DNA of 63,943 nucleotides, filler included, from Dimargaris cristalligena (Eukaryota): NCBI GenBank assembly GCA_003614675.1. It is 4 parts of 4 records of this genome, joined end to end, with 100 filler letters (N's around TTAATTAATTAA, not from the genome) between each part and the next. Parts side by side here need not be neighbours in the genome. Positions count along the whole stretch, not along the records: positions 1 to 16,715 come from ML002837.1; positions 16,816 to 33,456 come from ML002838.1; 2 more parts are not named here. One strand, 5' to 3'. Shown piece by piece: positions 13,754 to 25,582 of this stretch (position 1 is its first letter; each line of letters starts with the position of its first letter). The notes under the pieces were generated by a model. It saw only the letters and a program-made list of their open reading frames with translations, ran no database searches and was not told where the DNA came from. The position numbers and the translations under genes were made by a program.

Positions 13754-15914
13754 ATGCTTGGGTTTCGACCGCTCCACCCTCGCTCCGCGTTTCTCTCCTC
13801 GCGTTTCGTATCTTCCCCGCTCGCGCCCCTTCGTTTTCCCCTACACATTCACCTTCGCTCTTTCCTTTCCCTTGCTAACCTTCTTTGGTCCCGCCCCATG
13901 TCCCAATCACCCAAACGTCAGTGCACCATGGTCCGCAAACTTATTGGAACCCACAATGGCACGTTCCATTGCGACGAAGCCTTGGCCGTGTACCTCTTGG
14001 GCCAGACGGACCGCTTCCAGGACAACCAAGTAGTCCGCACCCGCGACCCCAAGATTCTAGAGACTTGCGATGTGGTCGTTGATGTCGGGGGTGTTTACGA
14101 CCCGGCTACCTTCCGCTTTGATCACCACCAGGTACGTCCCAATAGACCCATGGGCTACTCCTCAACCGCTTCTAGAGTCCCTTGGCCCGTAAACTATACC
14201 AAGCTTAAATGAAAAGAGTTGGGATGTAGCGGGTCTTTATAGCTAGTTCACTGAATTGGGGGGTAACCACCCGGGCTTAATACCAAGCCCATACCAGCGG
14301 CTAGCTTCAACGATTTCTAACGTGTATTATTTGGACCATCTATCTTATATTTATGAACATGATCAGCGCGGCTTCTCGGAAGTATTTTCGGAAAAGCATA
14401 CTACCAAGTTGAGCAGTGCAGGTCTTGTATACAAGTAAGTTGGTGTACTGTCTATTTGATTCATTTGCACGCTTCAATGACGCATAATCCTTATCCGAGA
14501 TGATTAGGATGTCCTTGTTATAATGGCTAGACCGTCTTATCGAACTGCCCCCGAGCCTCCCGATAATTTCGGCACTACTTTAAACTATTGCTAATATGAA
14601 TCGTTAATTCCATCACCTGTCATTCATATTCCCAGGCACTTTGGCCGGGAAATCATCGCCAAGATCCTTAACTTGGCTGTCGAGGAGTCGACTGTGGATA
14701 TGCTCTATAACAAGGTTTACGACGTAAGTTTACAATAGGGTTGACCTCGAATAAGACCTTGCAAATGATTTGTGTAGCAGCTCCATTATTTTTGTTCAAC
14801 CCCGCGAGTATTGAGTACATCCAAAACAAAAAAAAAAGTAAGAACCAGGAACTAAGGGGTACCGGATATTAATAATGCTAATATCTCCATCATTGCGCAT
14901 GGTCCTTAAAATACACCACCGCCCGTCTCTAGCAATTTGTGGAAGCCCTCGACGCCATCGACAACGGCATCTCACGGTACCCCGCCGACATTGAGCCCAA
15001 GTACAGCGAAAGCACCAACCTGCCCGCCCGCGTCGGCCAACTCAACCCATGGTGGAACCAGTCCAACTCGGATCTCGACGAACGTTTCCAGCGCGCCGTT
15101 GCGTTGACCGGTTCCGAATTCACCGACCGGGTGCGGTTCTACGGTCTCGCCTGGCTACCCGCCTACGACCTGGTTGCGCGGGGTATTGATGCCCGCACCA
15201 GTGTGGACCCGAGTGGCCAGATTATGGTGTTGGAGTCCGGCTGTCCCTGGAAGGAACACGTGTATAACCTCGAGGAACAGCGGGGTTTGCTCGAGCCGGC
15301 GGAAGCCGAGCGTAAACTCATTATATATGTGATTTACCCCGAGGAAACTAACGCGGCTTGGCGTGTGCAGGCCGTGGGGGTCGATAACGGTTCGTTCGAG
15401 TCCCGTAAGGCCCTGCCCGAAGCGTGGCGTGGGTTTCGCGATGAGGAATTGTCAGAAAAAACTGGCATTGAGGTAAGTCGTTTGCGTGTATTTTACAGGG
15501 CAAATGTCATCATACCAAGCCATTTTGACAATATTTTTTGCTACCGGTCGCGTTTACCACTGCTGCCATGGTACTGACACCGGGCCGGTTTATTTGTTTT
15601 GTTTTATATATAATCAACCGATAATATACTACTAGGGATGCATCTTTGTCCACGCGTCAGGTTTCATTGGTGGTAAGTGTGAATTAATTTTTTGGAGTCA
15701 GGATAGATTGCTCCTGAAGTATGCCTCGTATTATTTATTTCTATGGTTAGCCTAGCTGTTTTTAACCACAAGAAAAATATATATTTCGACATCAACTAAT
15801 GATTTGTTTATTGTGTAATTTTATTCCTAAACACTATGCTTCACCGAACCCTCCACAGGTAACAAAACCAAGGAAGGTGCCATTGAAATGGCCCGTAAGG
15901 CCCTCGCACTATAA
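13754..15914 (+). CDS. MYG1: MYG1 family (UPF0160) exonuclease; exons 13754-14131, 14367-14434, 14636-14723, 14933-15472, 15636-15672, 15859-15914
   Basis: IGTHNGTFHCDEALA, DVGGVYDP..RFDHHQ, KLSSAGLVYKHFG, DAIDNGI, FESRKALPEAWRG, GCIFVHASGFIGGNKT. All introns are GT-AG. Confidence 0.95.
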
Positions 15915-16476
15915 TCCCCAACCAGTTCATCTCCCTGTTTAATGCGCGCCCATTCTGCTTATGCAGTTCCCGACATAAAATAAAGATTTTGTCTAGACAG
16001 GTACTAGCTTTGCCCAGTAATTGAAATCCTCAATATGGGTGAAACTCAACCCAACTACACAGGGCTTTAAATGATAGCTGTATAAGGAAATGGATGAGAG
16101 TATTACTTCTAACCAGTAATTGGGGCCTGCTCCGCCAATACCGGTATGGCAGGATCCTTGCCAGAGGATGGTATGGCCGGGGACCAAAGTAACCAGAGAC
16201 CTGGTCATTGATGAATGAGATCCCTGCCCGTCAGTATTAATGATTCCGACCTCCGAAGCCCCTGTCCTCGCCCATCAGGGATATCAAGCATGGTATCGCT
16301 CCATCGTTTTACCGGAGGTATCCCAAGGCTTCATATCCATCGGGGTCGGACCTCTCCCAAACTATCCTGAGACTGGAATTTTTAGTGAGAAGAAACCGCA
16401 ATCATCGACTACCGGAAACCCTATGATTCAACCGCGAATGACAGCAACTGCAATTTAATAATTTACAAATAGGATG

Positions 16477-16715
16477 TCAGATAAACCGTAAAATGATATG
16501 GGGATGCTCCTTTTGAATTTGGGATAGATCGCAGAGCGGGTTCATGACATGTACCTCCTGAAGATTGGGTAGATGTGAAATAATTGCTGTGAGGTGGTCC
16601 GCATTACCTGACAGGAACCATATAGTAGGAATTGAAAGTGTACTAGTGTAGTGCCATCCGGAGGTCGGCACTTAACCCCGGACTGTGGATGGCCAGTCCT
16701 CATCACCAGAGGGCG
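16477..16715 (-). CDS. 3' fragment of a possible LRR/F-box-like protein, truncated by a gap
   Basis: ...LTAIISHLPNLQEVHV... resembles an LRR. The 5' part runs into the N gap. Confidence 0.25.
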
Positions 16716-16815
16716 NNNNNNNNNNNNNNNNNNNNNNNNNNNNNNNNNNNNNNNNNNNNTTAATTAATTAANNNNNNNNNNNNNNNNNNNNNNNNNNNNN
16801 NNNNNNNNNNNNNNN
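16716..16815. other. Assembly gap with artificial TTAATTAATTAA linker (also at 33457-33556 and 50156-50255)
   Basis: Identical 100-nt N spacer containing stop codons in all six frames. Confidence 0.97.
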
Positions 16816-16856
16816 GGGAAGCGAGGACCAGGGGGGGTGGCGACCAGGAGCTTCAT
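16816..16856 (-). CDS. 5' end of a probable secreted protein running into the gap
   Basis: CGCC-ATG-AAG-CTC-CTG-GTC-GCC-ACC (MKLLVAT...) followed by CTG GTC CTC GCT in a shifted frame across a C homopolymer. TATAAATA at 17027-17020 and a pyrimidine-rich leader. Confidence 0.35.
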
Positions 16857-17886
16857 GGCGATGGACAGTATTAGGAGGTATTGGGGGAAGGAAGGAAGGA
16901 GTGAGTAGTGTATTAGGTGGGGGATAGGGTTAACAGTAAACTAAGGCCGTAGTCGGGTTGAATAGTAGAGAACGTTATTGTAATTGATGCTGATTTTTGG
17001 GAAACGAGGAAGGGAGTGGTATTTATATGAGTTTTAAAAGAGCCAGCACTGATTGCAGTCGCCTTGGAGTGACTTGGCCAGTACTACGAGGGCGTAGCTG
17101 AGGGGAGGAGTGCGACCGGGTCAGCGACTACCTCTATGTTCGCAGTATAGCCTAGAGTAAAATTATTTCTAGGGCTTTGTCCGGTTAAAGTTTAAATGGT
17201 CAGAGATCCTGCGATGGGCACACGCCCTTGCGACTTACCAGCCAATCACCTTGACCATTGGGGCTGGTGTGCCCGGGCCCAGGTCACTAGGGGGAGTCGG
17301 GGGTTCCGCCACCCCCGTCCAAAATAAGGCAGGGCATGGTGGGTATCGCCAGTAGACCCAAGCGGGACAATTAGTAGGGCACAGACAGGTTCAATGGTTT
17401 ATATGTGAAATCGGCAGCACTAAATAATCAGCCGAGGGTGCCCAGGCAATCTTTAGATCGGGCCCTCCGTCTTTCCATGGGCCTATCTCTGGCTGGCTTA
17501 CCTCAGTCAATTTATTATTATTATTATTAGACTAGGCACTGCGCAATACCCATGTACCACCCCATTAAGTAAGGGCCTAGTTGACTAACCATGGCTTGAC
17601 CTCTCCTTTCCCGCTGGTTAATGCTGTAGGCCTCTTTTACTTTTTTGCTGAACAAAGGGTGGGCCGGGATCCCCCGTAGGAAGGGGCTAATGGAATGGGT
17701 AATTTCTCTCGGGTTCTATTGGGAGGCGTAGGCGGATGTTTCTGCCCACCACAGTTGCTTATTTCGGCTCGTCTACCCCTATACACACCGGCATTACCAC
17801 CTAAAACCATATAGAGTGCCGCTGACTTTGCCAATGGTCCACTTACTAATAGCAATTTGGGCGAGTGCAAGAGTTAATAGACGATA

Positions 17887-18000
17887 CGGATGAAGTTCAA
17901 CCAGGGGCTGTGCATTACGATAAATCCGTTGGATGAGGCAAATACTACTGGTTTAATATAAACGTCCCGCTTATTTTCCCTTATACATATCATTTAAATT
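17887..18000 (+). mobile_element. Degenerate MITE copy
   Basis: AGTTCAACCAGG..ATCCGTTGGATGAGGCAAATACTACTGGTT..TCCCGCTTATTTTCCC..ACATATCA matches the family's internal sequence. Confidence 0.6.
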
Positions 18001-18374
18001 ATATAATAGGAGGTCATCGACTATTCGGCCAAGTATTATTATTATTATTATTATCTTAAAAAAATAATTAAGAGTTGATAAAAATAGTAGCATTTAATTA
18101 TTATACCCACAAGTCACCCTGCCACATCCCTAAAATCTAAAATAGACATGTCATAGATTGATGGTAACGATCCATGTATAGTTTATTGGGGAAGCATTCA
18201 ATACAAATATACGAACGGGCATTGGGTGTTACATTCTTCCAATATCTCAATTACCGAGAAGTGCCAAGTAAATGGAGTGAGGGCGAAATACGAATAATTT
18301 ACTATTTAAAACCCATCAGAGATTAGGGTGTTGGGCCCTAAGTGCAGTATTTGCGGCGACTCTTCCGCAGGTCA

Positions 18375-18599
18375 TCATTTATCGTGACCCAGTGCTTGTT
18401 TCCCTTTACTAATACCCTTTTTAATAAATTTCTTAGTCGAGGCAGCAGCGGCTTTAAAAGGCAATTTCACCAAATTTTTGGCCATCTGGTAGGGGTCACC
18501 CACAGCGGTTATCGTACGTTTGCACAATGTTGGAGCCGCCAAGACCTGGTTGCCACCAACAGCAATAAGGAGAAAAGCAATGATTATAGACTTATTCAT
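18375..18599 (-). CDS. Secreted prepro-peptide, 74 aa: signal peptide, KR, 46-aa Lys/Ala-rich cationic peptide
   Basis: MNKSIIIAFLLIAVGGNQVLA-APTLCKR-TITAVGDPYQMAKNLVKLPFKAAAASTKKFIKKGISKGKQALGHDK. Start context ACAATG. Confidence 0.75.
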   Translation of the reverse strand: MNKSIIIAFLLIAVGGNQVLAAPTLCKRTITAVGDPYQMAKNLVKLPFKAAAASTKKFIKKGISKGKQALGHDK

Positions 18600-19641
18600 T
18601 GTAGTAATGGCGAGACGAGAGGGTGATTGCCGAAATGGTGGAGTGATAGTGACAAAAGGCTGGAGTGGAAGATATATGGCGAGAGTGAAGATGTAAATGT
18701 ATGTACGTTGTTGGGTGGAGAACGGGGGAGGGGGGGTTGGCTGGTTAGTAGGGTTGATGAACAAAATGCGACAACTAGTTAATGTAAACTTTGGTTAACT
18801 GAAATGCATGGGGTTAAATTTAGAAATGGTAAACTGGAAATAAGTGGGGAGGATATCAATGAGCCTAATGAGATAATTGACGCTGTAACGATAAGATTAT
18901 TAGGAGGAAAATGCAGTTGGTTTTAAATACCTAAGCGATTCGGGAAACCAGTCACCTAGACTAGCGTAGAAATAGGAAATAGTGAGGGGCCCGGGTCTTG
19001 GCTGGAATAGCTTTCCCGAAGCATTTCTACTTCTACTGCACATCGTTCGCAAATAAGGGGGCTTGGCATGTAGGGTGGATAGGTGGGGGGGGGGGCTCCA
19101 GTATAGTGCGGGGCTTGAATTGATTGTCATGGTTTTAATTTAATGTGCTGATATAAACTTAAATTGGGCCACATCAAAGGTATACTAGGATTGTGGTTTT
19201 TATCAATTTTAAGGAAGATGAAGAGAGGAGGAGGAGTAAGAAGGAGTACACTTAAATATTAGGCAAAGCGCGCGGGGAGGGTAATAGATTGCCCAGGGGA
19301 ACCCAGATCGATACTGTATACATCTCTCGATGGTTTTGATCAAGAGTGCTGCCTTCCTCCCGTTTGCTTGCTGGATTGTTTCGTTGGACTGGGTATGTAG
19401 GTGGAGCAACGGGAAGATATTTATTACATTTACACTGCCCTTGGCTAAAGCCTCCCAGCACCCTGTTGCCCAACAGCGGATTTCTTCCGACTGGTCGACT
19501 AGTGATGCCCACCCACACCCCCCATTTCCCTCTCCCGCTGTCTGTTGGGTTAGACGGCCTCAGTTTACATTGGGCCCATCAGCCCTTTTGACATGTGTAC
19601 CACTAGGTCCAAATCCCGATGTTTTTCCGCGCTGATTGATA

Positions 19642-19779
19642 TGGGTGAAATTCAAACCAGCTGTATAAGGTTTTACATAATACATGTAAGGGTGAATATA
19701 TCTGAGAATAGATTTTAACCAGTAATATTGGCCTCATCCAATGGACTTTTCGTTATACAGCCTGAATGAACTTCTCCCA
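19642..19779 (-). mobile_element. ~138-bp MITE, full copy
   Basis: Imperfect ~27-bp TIRs (TGGGTGAAATTCAAACCAGCTGTATAA / TTATACAGCCTGAATGAACTTCTCCCA) with TA on both sides. Similar to other copies in the window. Confidence 0.75.
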
Positions 19780-20637
19780 TATAGATCCGTATGGGTGATA
19801 TTCGACCTTATTTGAATCTGACATCCATACGGGTAAGTGTTTAGCTAGGCTGTAGTACATAACGAACAATCCGTTGGATGAGGCTGTTAACAGCACACTC
19901 AATCAACAATAGAGTGGGTGTAGCAAACCAGCACATGAGGAGTGGATTTATTTCTTTGTCAGCTATTTTCCAAACCTAGAGCTCCCTCTGGTTCCAGAAG
20001 GCACCTTCCTTTAGCATTTCCTATACAATAATACATCATTTATATTCCTATTCCCTTTGACCCGCATTGGCATGTAATAAGGCAAATAGTACAGGTTAAA
20101 CATGCGTCTCCCGCCTATTCCTCCATACACGTATTGTTTAAAACATACCACTGGTCCGAATTTCGCCCTAATTATATTTTCGGCGCCTAATTCCAGCAGT
20201 CTGTGATGACTATACTAAACATATTGATAGTCCAACCAATTGGTGCCTGAAATGCATTGGAGATAGAGCGCTGCATATGAGAAGAACACACACATTCCTC
20301 TACTTCTGTACCACGTAACTCCCTTTATCGTCGTCCCATCTTTCTTTTTTCTTTACCGTGGTAACTAAGCTCGAAATAACAGTGTGCCGGATTCGCGGTG
20401 GCAATTCATTTCTTCATAGATTCTACGTTTATCGATTCCCTTTCTTCAATTTTTTAAGGGACATTGCCCCAGTCACCGTTGAGCAATGCACATGGCCTTG
20501 GTCAACTGAACTCTTCGTCGATCTAAGTGCCGTAGCCCTCTCTTAAGGAGTCGTCCCCTTCAATTAGATAGTCGCATTTCGGCTCTCCTTTATTTTCCCT
20601 TCTCCAATTAGCTTACATACCAGTCCTACTGCCACCC

Positions 20638-22230
20638 ATGGGATCCACCGCTTTGCTATCCCCATTCGCCCGGCTAATTCGTTCGACCCAGTCCTTCCCC
20701 TCCGTGGTAGGTTCAGCACAGTCGTCGTCGGCATGTCGCAGGCAGAAGTCAATGATGACCCCACGAACGCGGGCCCCAACCACGGTAGGCTGGGGAAAGC
20801 CCGCCGGCCTTGCGAATAATGTCAATAACGGCCACCCTGGCTGCCCGTCTGCGGGGACCCATAGCAGCAGCAGCAGCAGCTGGCCTGGCCCACACCACCA
20901 CGGTCCATCGTCCCCAGCGGCAGCGGCCCGGATAGCCCCCGCCGCTACACTGCTGCCTAGAATGGGCTACTCGGCCAGTCGAGCGCGGTGCTCTTCTCCC
21001 CAGCAGTCGGTCGGCCTGGTCAACAACCTCCCACTACGCTGGGCTTCTTCTTTATCGTCTTCTTCCACTACCATTACTACTTCTACTACTACGACGGCCT
21101 TAGTTACTACCCCCCGTCACCGGGGCTCACTAGCCCGCGACGCCCGGCGGAATACTCCTCCTACCCGGCGTTCCCTGTCGGCATCGACGGCCGCCGCTTC
21201 ATCCACCCCGGCATTTCCGCCCACCCCATCGTACCCCCGGTTGGGCCTTCCCCACAATGACCTCAAGCTGCGCTGCACGGTCTTCGATCGGGTGGGCCAC
21301 GTGACCACCATCGCCGGCGAGTTTTCCAAATCCGAGCTCTGTGCGCAACACGGCCTGCAGGTGCGGGACCTGCGGAAAATCGACAGCCTCTACATCAACC
21401 AACTGCCCGCGATTCTGGTGCGCAAACACGTGATCCTCGTCAACATTGCCCATATCCGGGCCCTGATCAAAGCCGACACGGTCGTCCTGTTTGATTCGCT
21501 CGGGTCGACGGACAGCTACAACCAGTCCATTTTCATTTACGATCTCCAGGAAAAGTTACGGTCGGGGGCCTTATTAAAAGGCAGCGGACTCCCGTTCGAG
21601 TTCCGCGCGTTGGAATCCGTCTTGGTGAGCGTCATCACTACCCTCCAGGATGAAGTGCAGGTAGTATCGAATTTGGTGACCAACCTCCTGGCGCACCTCG
21701 AAGAAAAAATCGACCGGCATAAACTCAAAGAACTCCTCCAGTACTCCAAACGCATGGCCAAATTCGAACAGAAAGTGTTGAATATCCGGGACGCCATTGT
21801 CGAAGTTCTGGAGCAAGACGAGGATTTAGCGGCCATGTACCTGTCCGCCAAGGAATCCAACGCGCCCCGGGCCACCAATGACCACGAGGAAGTGGAACTG
21901 TTATTGGAAACCTATTTAAAACAAGTCGAGGAAATCGCCAATATCATCGCGGCCCTCAATACCAACATGCGGTCCACCGAAGACATTGTGAATATCATGT
22001 TGGATGCCCAACGGAACAATCTGATGATGCTGGAATTACAGGTCAATATCGGGATGCTCGGCCTCACCGCCGGAGCCTTGGGCGCGGGCCTGTTCGGTAT
22101 GAACTTGATTAATCACCACGAAGCCCATCCGTTGGCCTTTGCGATGGTCACTACGTTTATCATCGGGATGGTGTCCGTGGTGATTCTGATTTCGGTGCGG
22201 AAAATGCGGATGCTTTTGCGTCGTTTGTGA
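20638..22230 (+). CDS. MRS2: Mitochondrial CorA-family Mg2+ channel (Mrs2/Lpe10), intronless
   Basis: HGLQVRDLRKID, LPFEFRALE, HEEVELLLETY, LDAQRNNLM and the GLFGMNL (GMN) signature, followed by two TM helices. Long presequence-like N-terminus; the exact start is uncertain. Confidence 0.92.
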   Translation: MGSTALLSPFARLIRSTQSFPSVVGSAQSSSACRRQKSMMTPRTRAPTTVGWGKPAGLANNVNNGHPGCPSAGTHSSSSSSWPGPHHHGPSSPAAAARIAPAATLLPRMGYSASRARCSSPQQSVGLVNNLPLRWASSLSSSSTTITTSTTTTALVTTPRHRGSLARDARRNTPPTRRSLSASTAAASSTPAFPPTPSYPRLGLPHNDLKLRCTVFDRVGHVTTIAGEFSKSELCAQHGLQVRDLRKIDSLYINQLPAILVRKHVILVNIAHIRALIKADTVVLFDSLGSTDSYNQSIFIYDLQEKLRSGALLKGSGLPFEFRALESVLVSVITTLQDEVQVVSNLVTNLLAHLEEKIDRHKLKELLQYSKRMAKFEQKVLNIRDAIVEVLEQDEDLAAMYLSAKESNAPRATNDHEEVELLLETYLKQVEEIANIIAALNTNMRSTEDIVNIMLDAQRNNLMMLELQVNIGMLGLTAGALGAGLFGMNLINHHEAHPLAFAMVTTFIIGMVSVVILISVRKMRMLLRRL

Positions 22231-22847
22231 AATACTCCTCTTCTGCTTTCCTAGTCCCTGTTCCTTTCCCATTGCCCTTGCTCTATCCAGACTGGCTTGA
22301 TTAGGAAGGGGTGGTCTAACATGAATATTTGGGTAGGTCCCTGGACAGCTCCTGGTTAGGCCTGTGCTTATTATCACTATCAGTTTACTATTCCTATTTT
22401 AAAGTGCTTAGAAACCAAAAAATAATAATTGAGGATTATTTTATTTTATTTTATGGCTCAGCATAATAGAATTGGAAAGAAAAAAGGCTACCTCGCTAAT
22501 TGGCTTTTGTACTATAAATAAAACCCGCATTCAAAAAACTACATTCGTGCATTGAACGGTTATTTTTTTATTAAAGTTCGAGCTGACGATGAATAAAATA
22601 AGGAAGGGGGAGAGGTGGAAGAGGGCTTTAGTAATATGCATTTGCTATTAAATGTGATAATACGACGATACAAACAGTTGGTATATAGAATACAAATACT
22701 AAGCAAGTGTGATGAATATTCTCCACTGGGTCCCCCTCAATGAATACACCCTTCCTCCTCCAGACTTAAGATTGCAAATCCGGGGGTAAACCAACCCATG
22801 TTGCAAGCTAGTTATATATAGTTAAAAGTTGCTATCCTCTCCCACAA

Positions 22848-24312
22848 CTACATCAGAATGTCGTCGTGGAAGCTGCTCCGCAGTTCCTTATTGGGCAAGA
22901 CGATGCAGTTACGAATGATACATTCGTCCGCCACCACGACTTCCTGGCCCAGAATAGTGATGGACTGGTTCTTCACGCCGGCATTGGTAATAGCCTCCAA
23001 GTCGTGGCGACCGGACACGGGGGTACCTTCGACCCGCACCCAGGAACCCAGCTTCGATCGCCAGCCAATGACACTGTTAAGCACACAGCTGTTGGGCTTG
23101 ATATCGACACCGTCCAACAGGATCGAGTTCTTGACGCGCACGCCGGGACCGACGGTGACGCGGGGACCGATGGAAACGTGGGGGCCAATCTTGGCGGTGG
23201 GGTCAATGCGGGCCGAGGGATGGATAGACACAGCACCTACGATTTCGGGGCCGGCCGTCGCCGACGATGGGGGGGTCAGGGCCGTGGAGTGACTCTGGAG
23301 CATCTGGTCCAGGTAGGCCGCGTTGGCGGGAATGGCCGAGCCCGCGGATTTGATTTGGCGCCAGAAGCTCGGGGTCACGTACACGGTCAGTTGGTGGTCC
23401 GCCGCGAGGGGACGCAGCACGTCCTGTTCGAGCCGTAACACATCGTAGTCATCGGTTTCGGTCGACCGACTGGGCCACTCGTACGCCCGGTCCTCTTCCA
23501 TTTGCTGGTGGCGGGCTTCGAGGGCCGCCCGGATGGTGTCAAAGAGAGCGCTGTACTTGAACACCCCCACACCACAGCTGATCAGATCGCTAATGAATGT
23601 TTCGGGTTTTTCGACGTAGTGCAGGACTTCGTTCGTTTCGGTGTCGGCCACCAGACAGCCGTAGCGGTGGGCATCGTCGCGCTCGACCCGCGTACCCATG
23701 ATAGTGCCGCCGCGACCTTGGGCTTCGTGGAAAGCCAGCATCTCGGCCAGGGGGTAACTGCAGCAGACATCGGCGTGCAGCACGAAAATATGCTGGGGCG
23801 AGTGACGCAGAATCTCGTTGCGGAAGTGGTAAATACCACCGGCCGTGCCTAGGGACTGGTATTCGCGCAGGTACCTGGTCATTTTGAAGTGTACGCAGTG
23901 GGATGAGGGGGCAAATATTACAATAATACAGGCGTAGCAAATTCGACTTAGTTAAATTGACACTGTGGGTTGGGATCAAAAAATCTATCCTTAAGTTGGG
24001 TCTAGTTTAATAAAGGCCGGTGGCCTCCACTTCCTATCAATTCATATCTCTGATTATAACTTACTTGAAGTGGATATTGGGGAACTCGGCCGAGCAGCTA
24101 TCGAGGAATTCTCTAAAGACGAAGTCCTCGAAAAAGCCAACGAGCAGGATCTCGGTGACCTGCTTCAGCTTGGCTAGAGCGGCGATGGGGTGCCAGATGA
24201 TGGGTCGACCGGCCACGGGGAACAGAGGCTTAGGAACGTTCATGGACAGCGGGCGGAAACGGGTGCCCCGGGAGGGCCCTCCGACGAGGATCACAGCCTT
24301 TACGGTGGACAT
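22848..24312 (-). CDS. GMPPA: Mannose-1-phosphate guanylyltransferase alpha-type (GMPPA/Mpg2); exons 24312-24065 and 23874-22848
   Basis: KAVILVGGPSRGTRFRPLS (alpha-type insertion), PKPLFPVAG, LGTAGGIYHFR, VLHYVEKPETFISDLI, LRLEQD, and a C-terminal hexapeptide left-handed beta-helix. Confidence 0.93.
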
Positions 24313-25060
24313 GGTCAAGGAAGGTTTAAAAGTAGACAAATAGGATGTGGTATGGGGTTGAATGAGAAGGTGAATGAATGAACAAAGGAGAACACCGTCG
24401 GGAAGTGAACTAAAAGAATAACGCAGTCAAAAAGGGGTGGGTGATGGGAAGCCCAGGTGGGGAATTAAGCTGTTACTGACAGACGAGGAGGACACCTTCA
24501 CGGATACTCAATGGTCGCTAATGGGCAGCTAGGTAGGTAGATAGGTAGGAAGGCAAGGTGGGCTGGGCGGACCTTGAAGGAGCACCCAAAAGGTGTGTGT
24601 GGTAGCCAACCATTCTTTCCACATTTCCATGCCTGGCCATCTATTCGCTCCTATTTCTGGAGAAGTAGAGTGGCTATGGTGATGTTATATGGCTCTTTTG
24701 GAGTGAAGAAGCCCAAGGCCACTGGTGTACCCACTGTAAGATCGTCCTTTATATTCTGCTCGTATGAGTTGGGGTGGCTCGCCCACAGTAGGGTAGATGC
24801 TCTTCCCCATGTGTACACTCGGCGGAGGGCTATACTTGAAATGTCAATACAGAAAGGGATCATAACCCTCCTCCCTGCATTTAAATCGGGGTGCAACTGA
24901 TCCACCAAACGTAAAAAACGTAGCTGCGGTAGCTATTATGCAACTCACCCGCCAGTCTTGTGGTTATATTCAGTCTTATTGTAGGGGACAGATCCCATTC
25001 CAAGAAAGCTCAAAAGGATTTGGAGATTTTTATGCTAATAACAATCTCTAGGTTTCTTGG

Positions 25061-25087
25061 TATATATATATATATATATATATATAT
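25061..25087. repeat. (TA)n microsatellite
   Basis: About 13 TA units, seen directly. Confidence 0.9.
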
Positions 25088-25582
25088 CTAACAGGACAGC
25101 TATCTGTAATTAGATCGGCTGAATATGGGTAATGAAAGAAGCAAGCAGGAATGCATGTACGTTGCACTATTAACTTGGTAACTTTAATTAAAATATTTAA
25201 TAGACATGCAGAGAGGTAGACAGGAATTCCAAACTACTATACTAGACTACCTCTAAGTTGCAGCGGCACATTTCATAAGCCCAGTTCCAGTAAATGGGGT
25301 AATTGATTTTATGTAACGTTAAGCAATGTAGAGTATTTAAATAGTGCAGTATAGCTGTGTAACGTAGAAGTCAGTTGATGAGCCAGACTTTACAGGGTCA
25401 TTCTATATCTCTCACCTAAATTTCCGTGTACATGTCATTACAGCTCTGATGTAGTTTGGGAGGAATTCCACGTATACGCTTTCATTTAAGGCTGGCCAAA
25501 AAGGAGGTCCAACAGATAGTACCCGATATTACAAATCGCCGATAAATCTGTATAGTTCCCGGTTAAATGTATTAGATTAAGT

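Noticed and set aside
16760..16771. TTAATTAATTAA palindrome repeated three times in the window
   Set aside because: It always sits in the centre of a 100-nt N block, so it is an artificial scaffolding linker.
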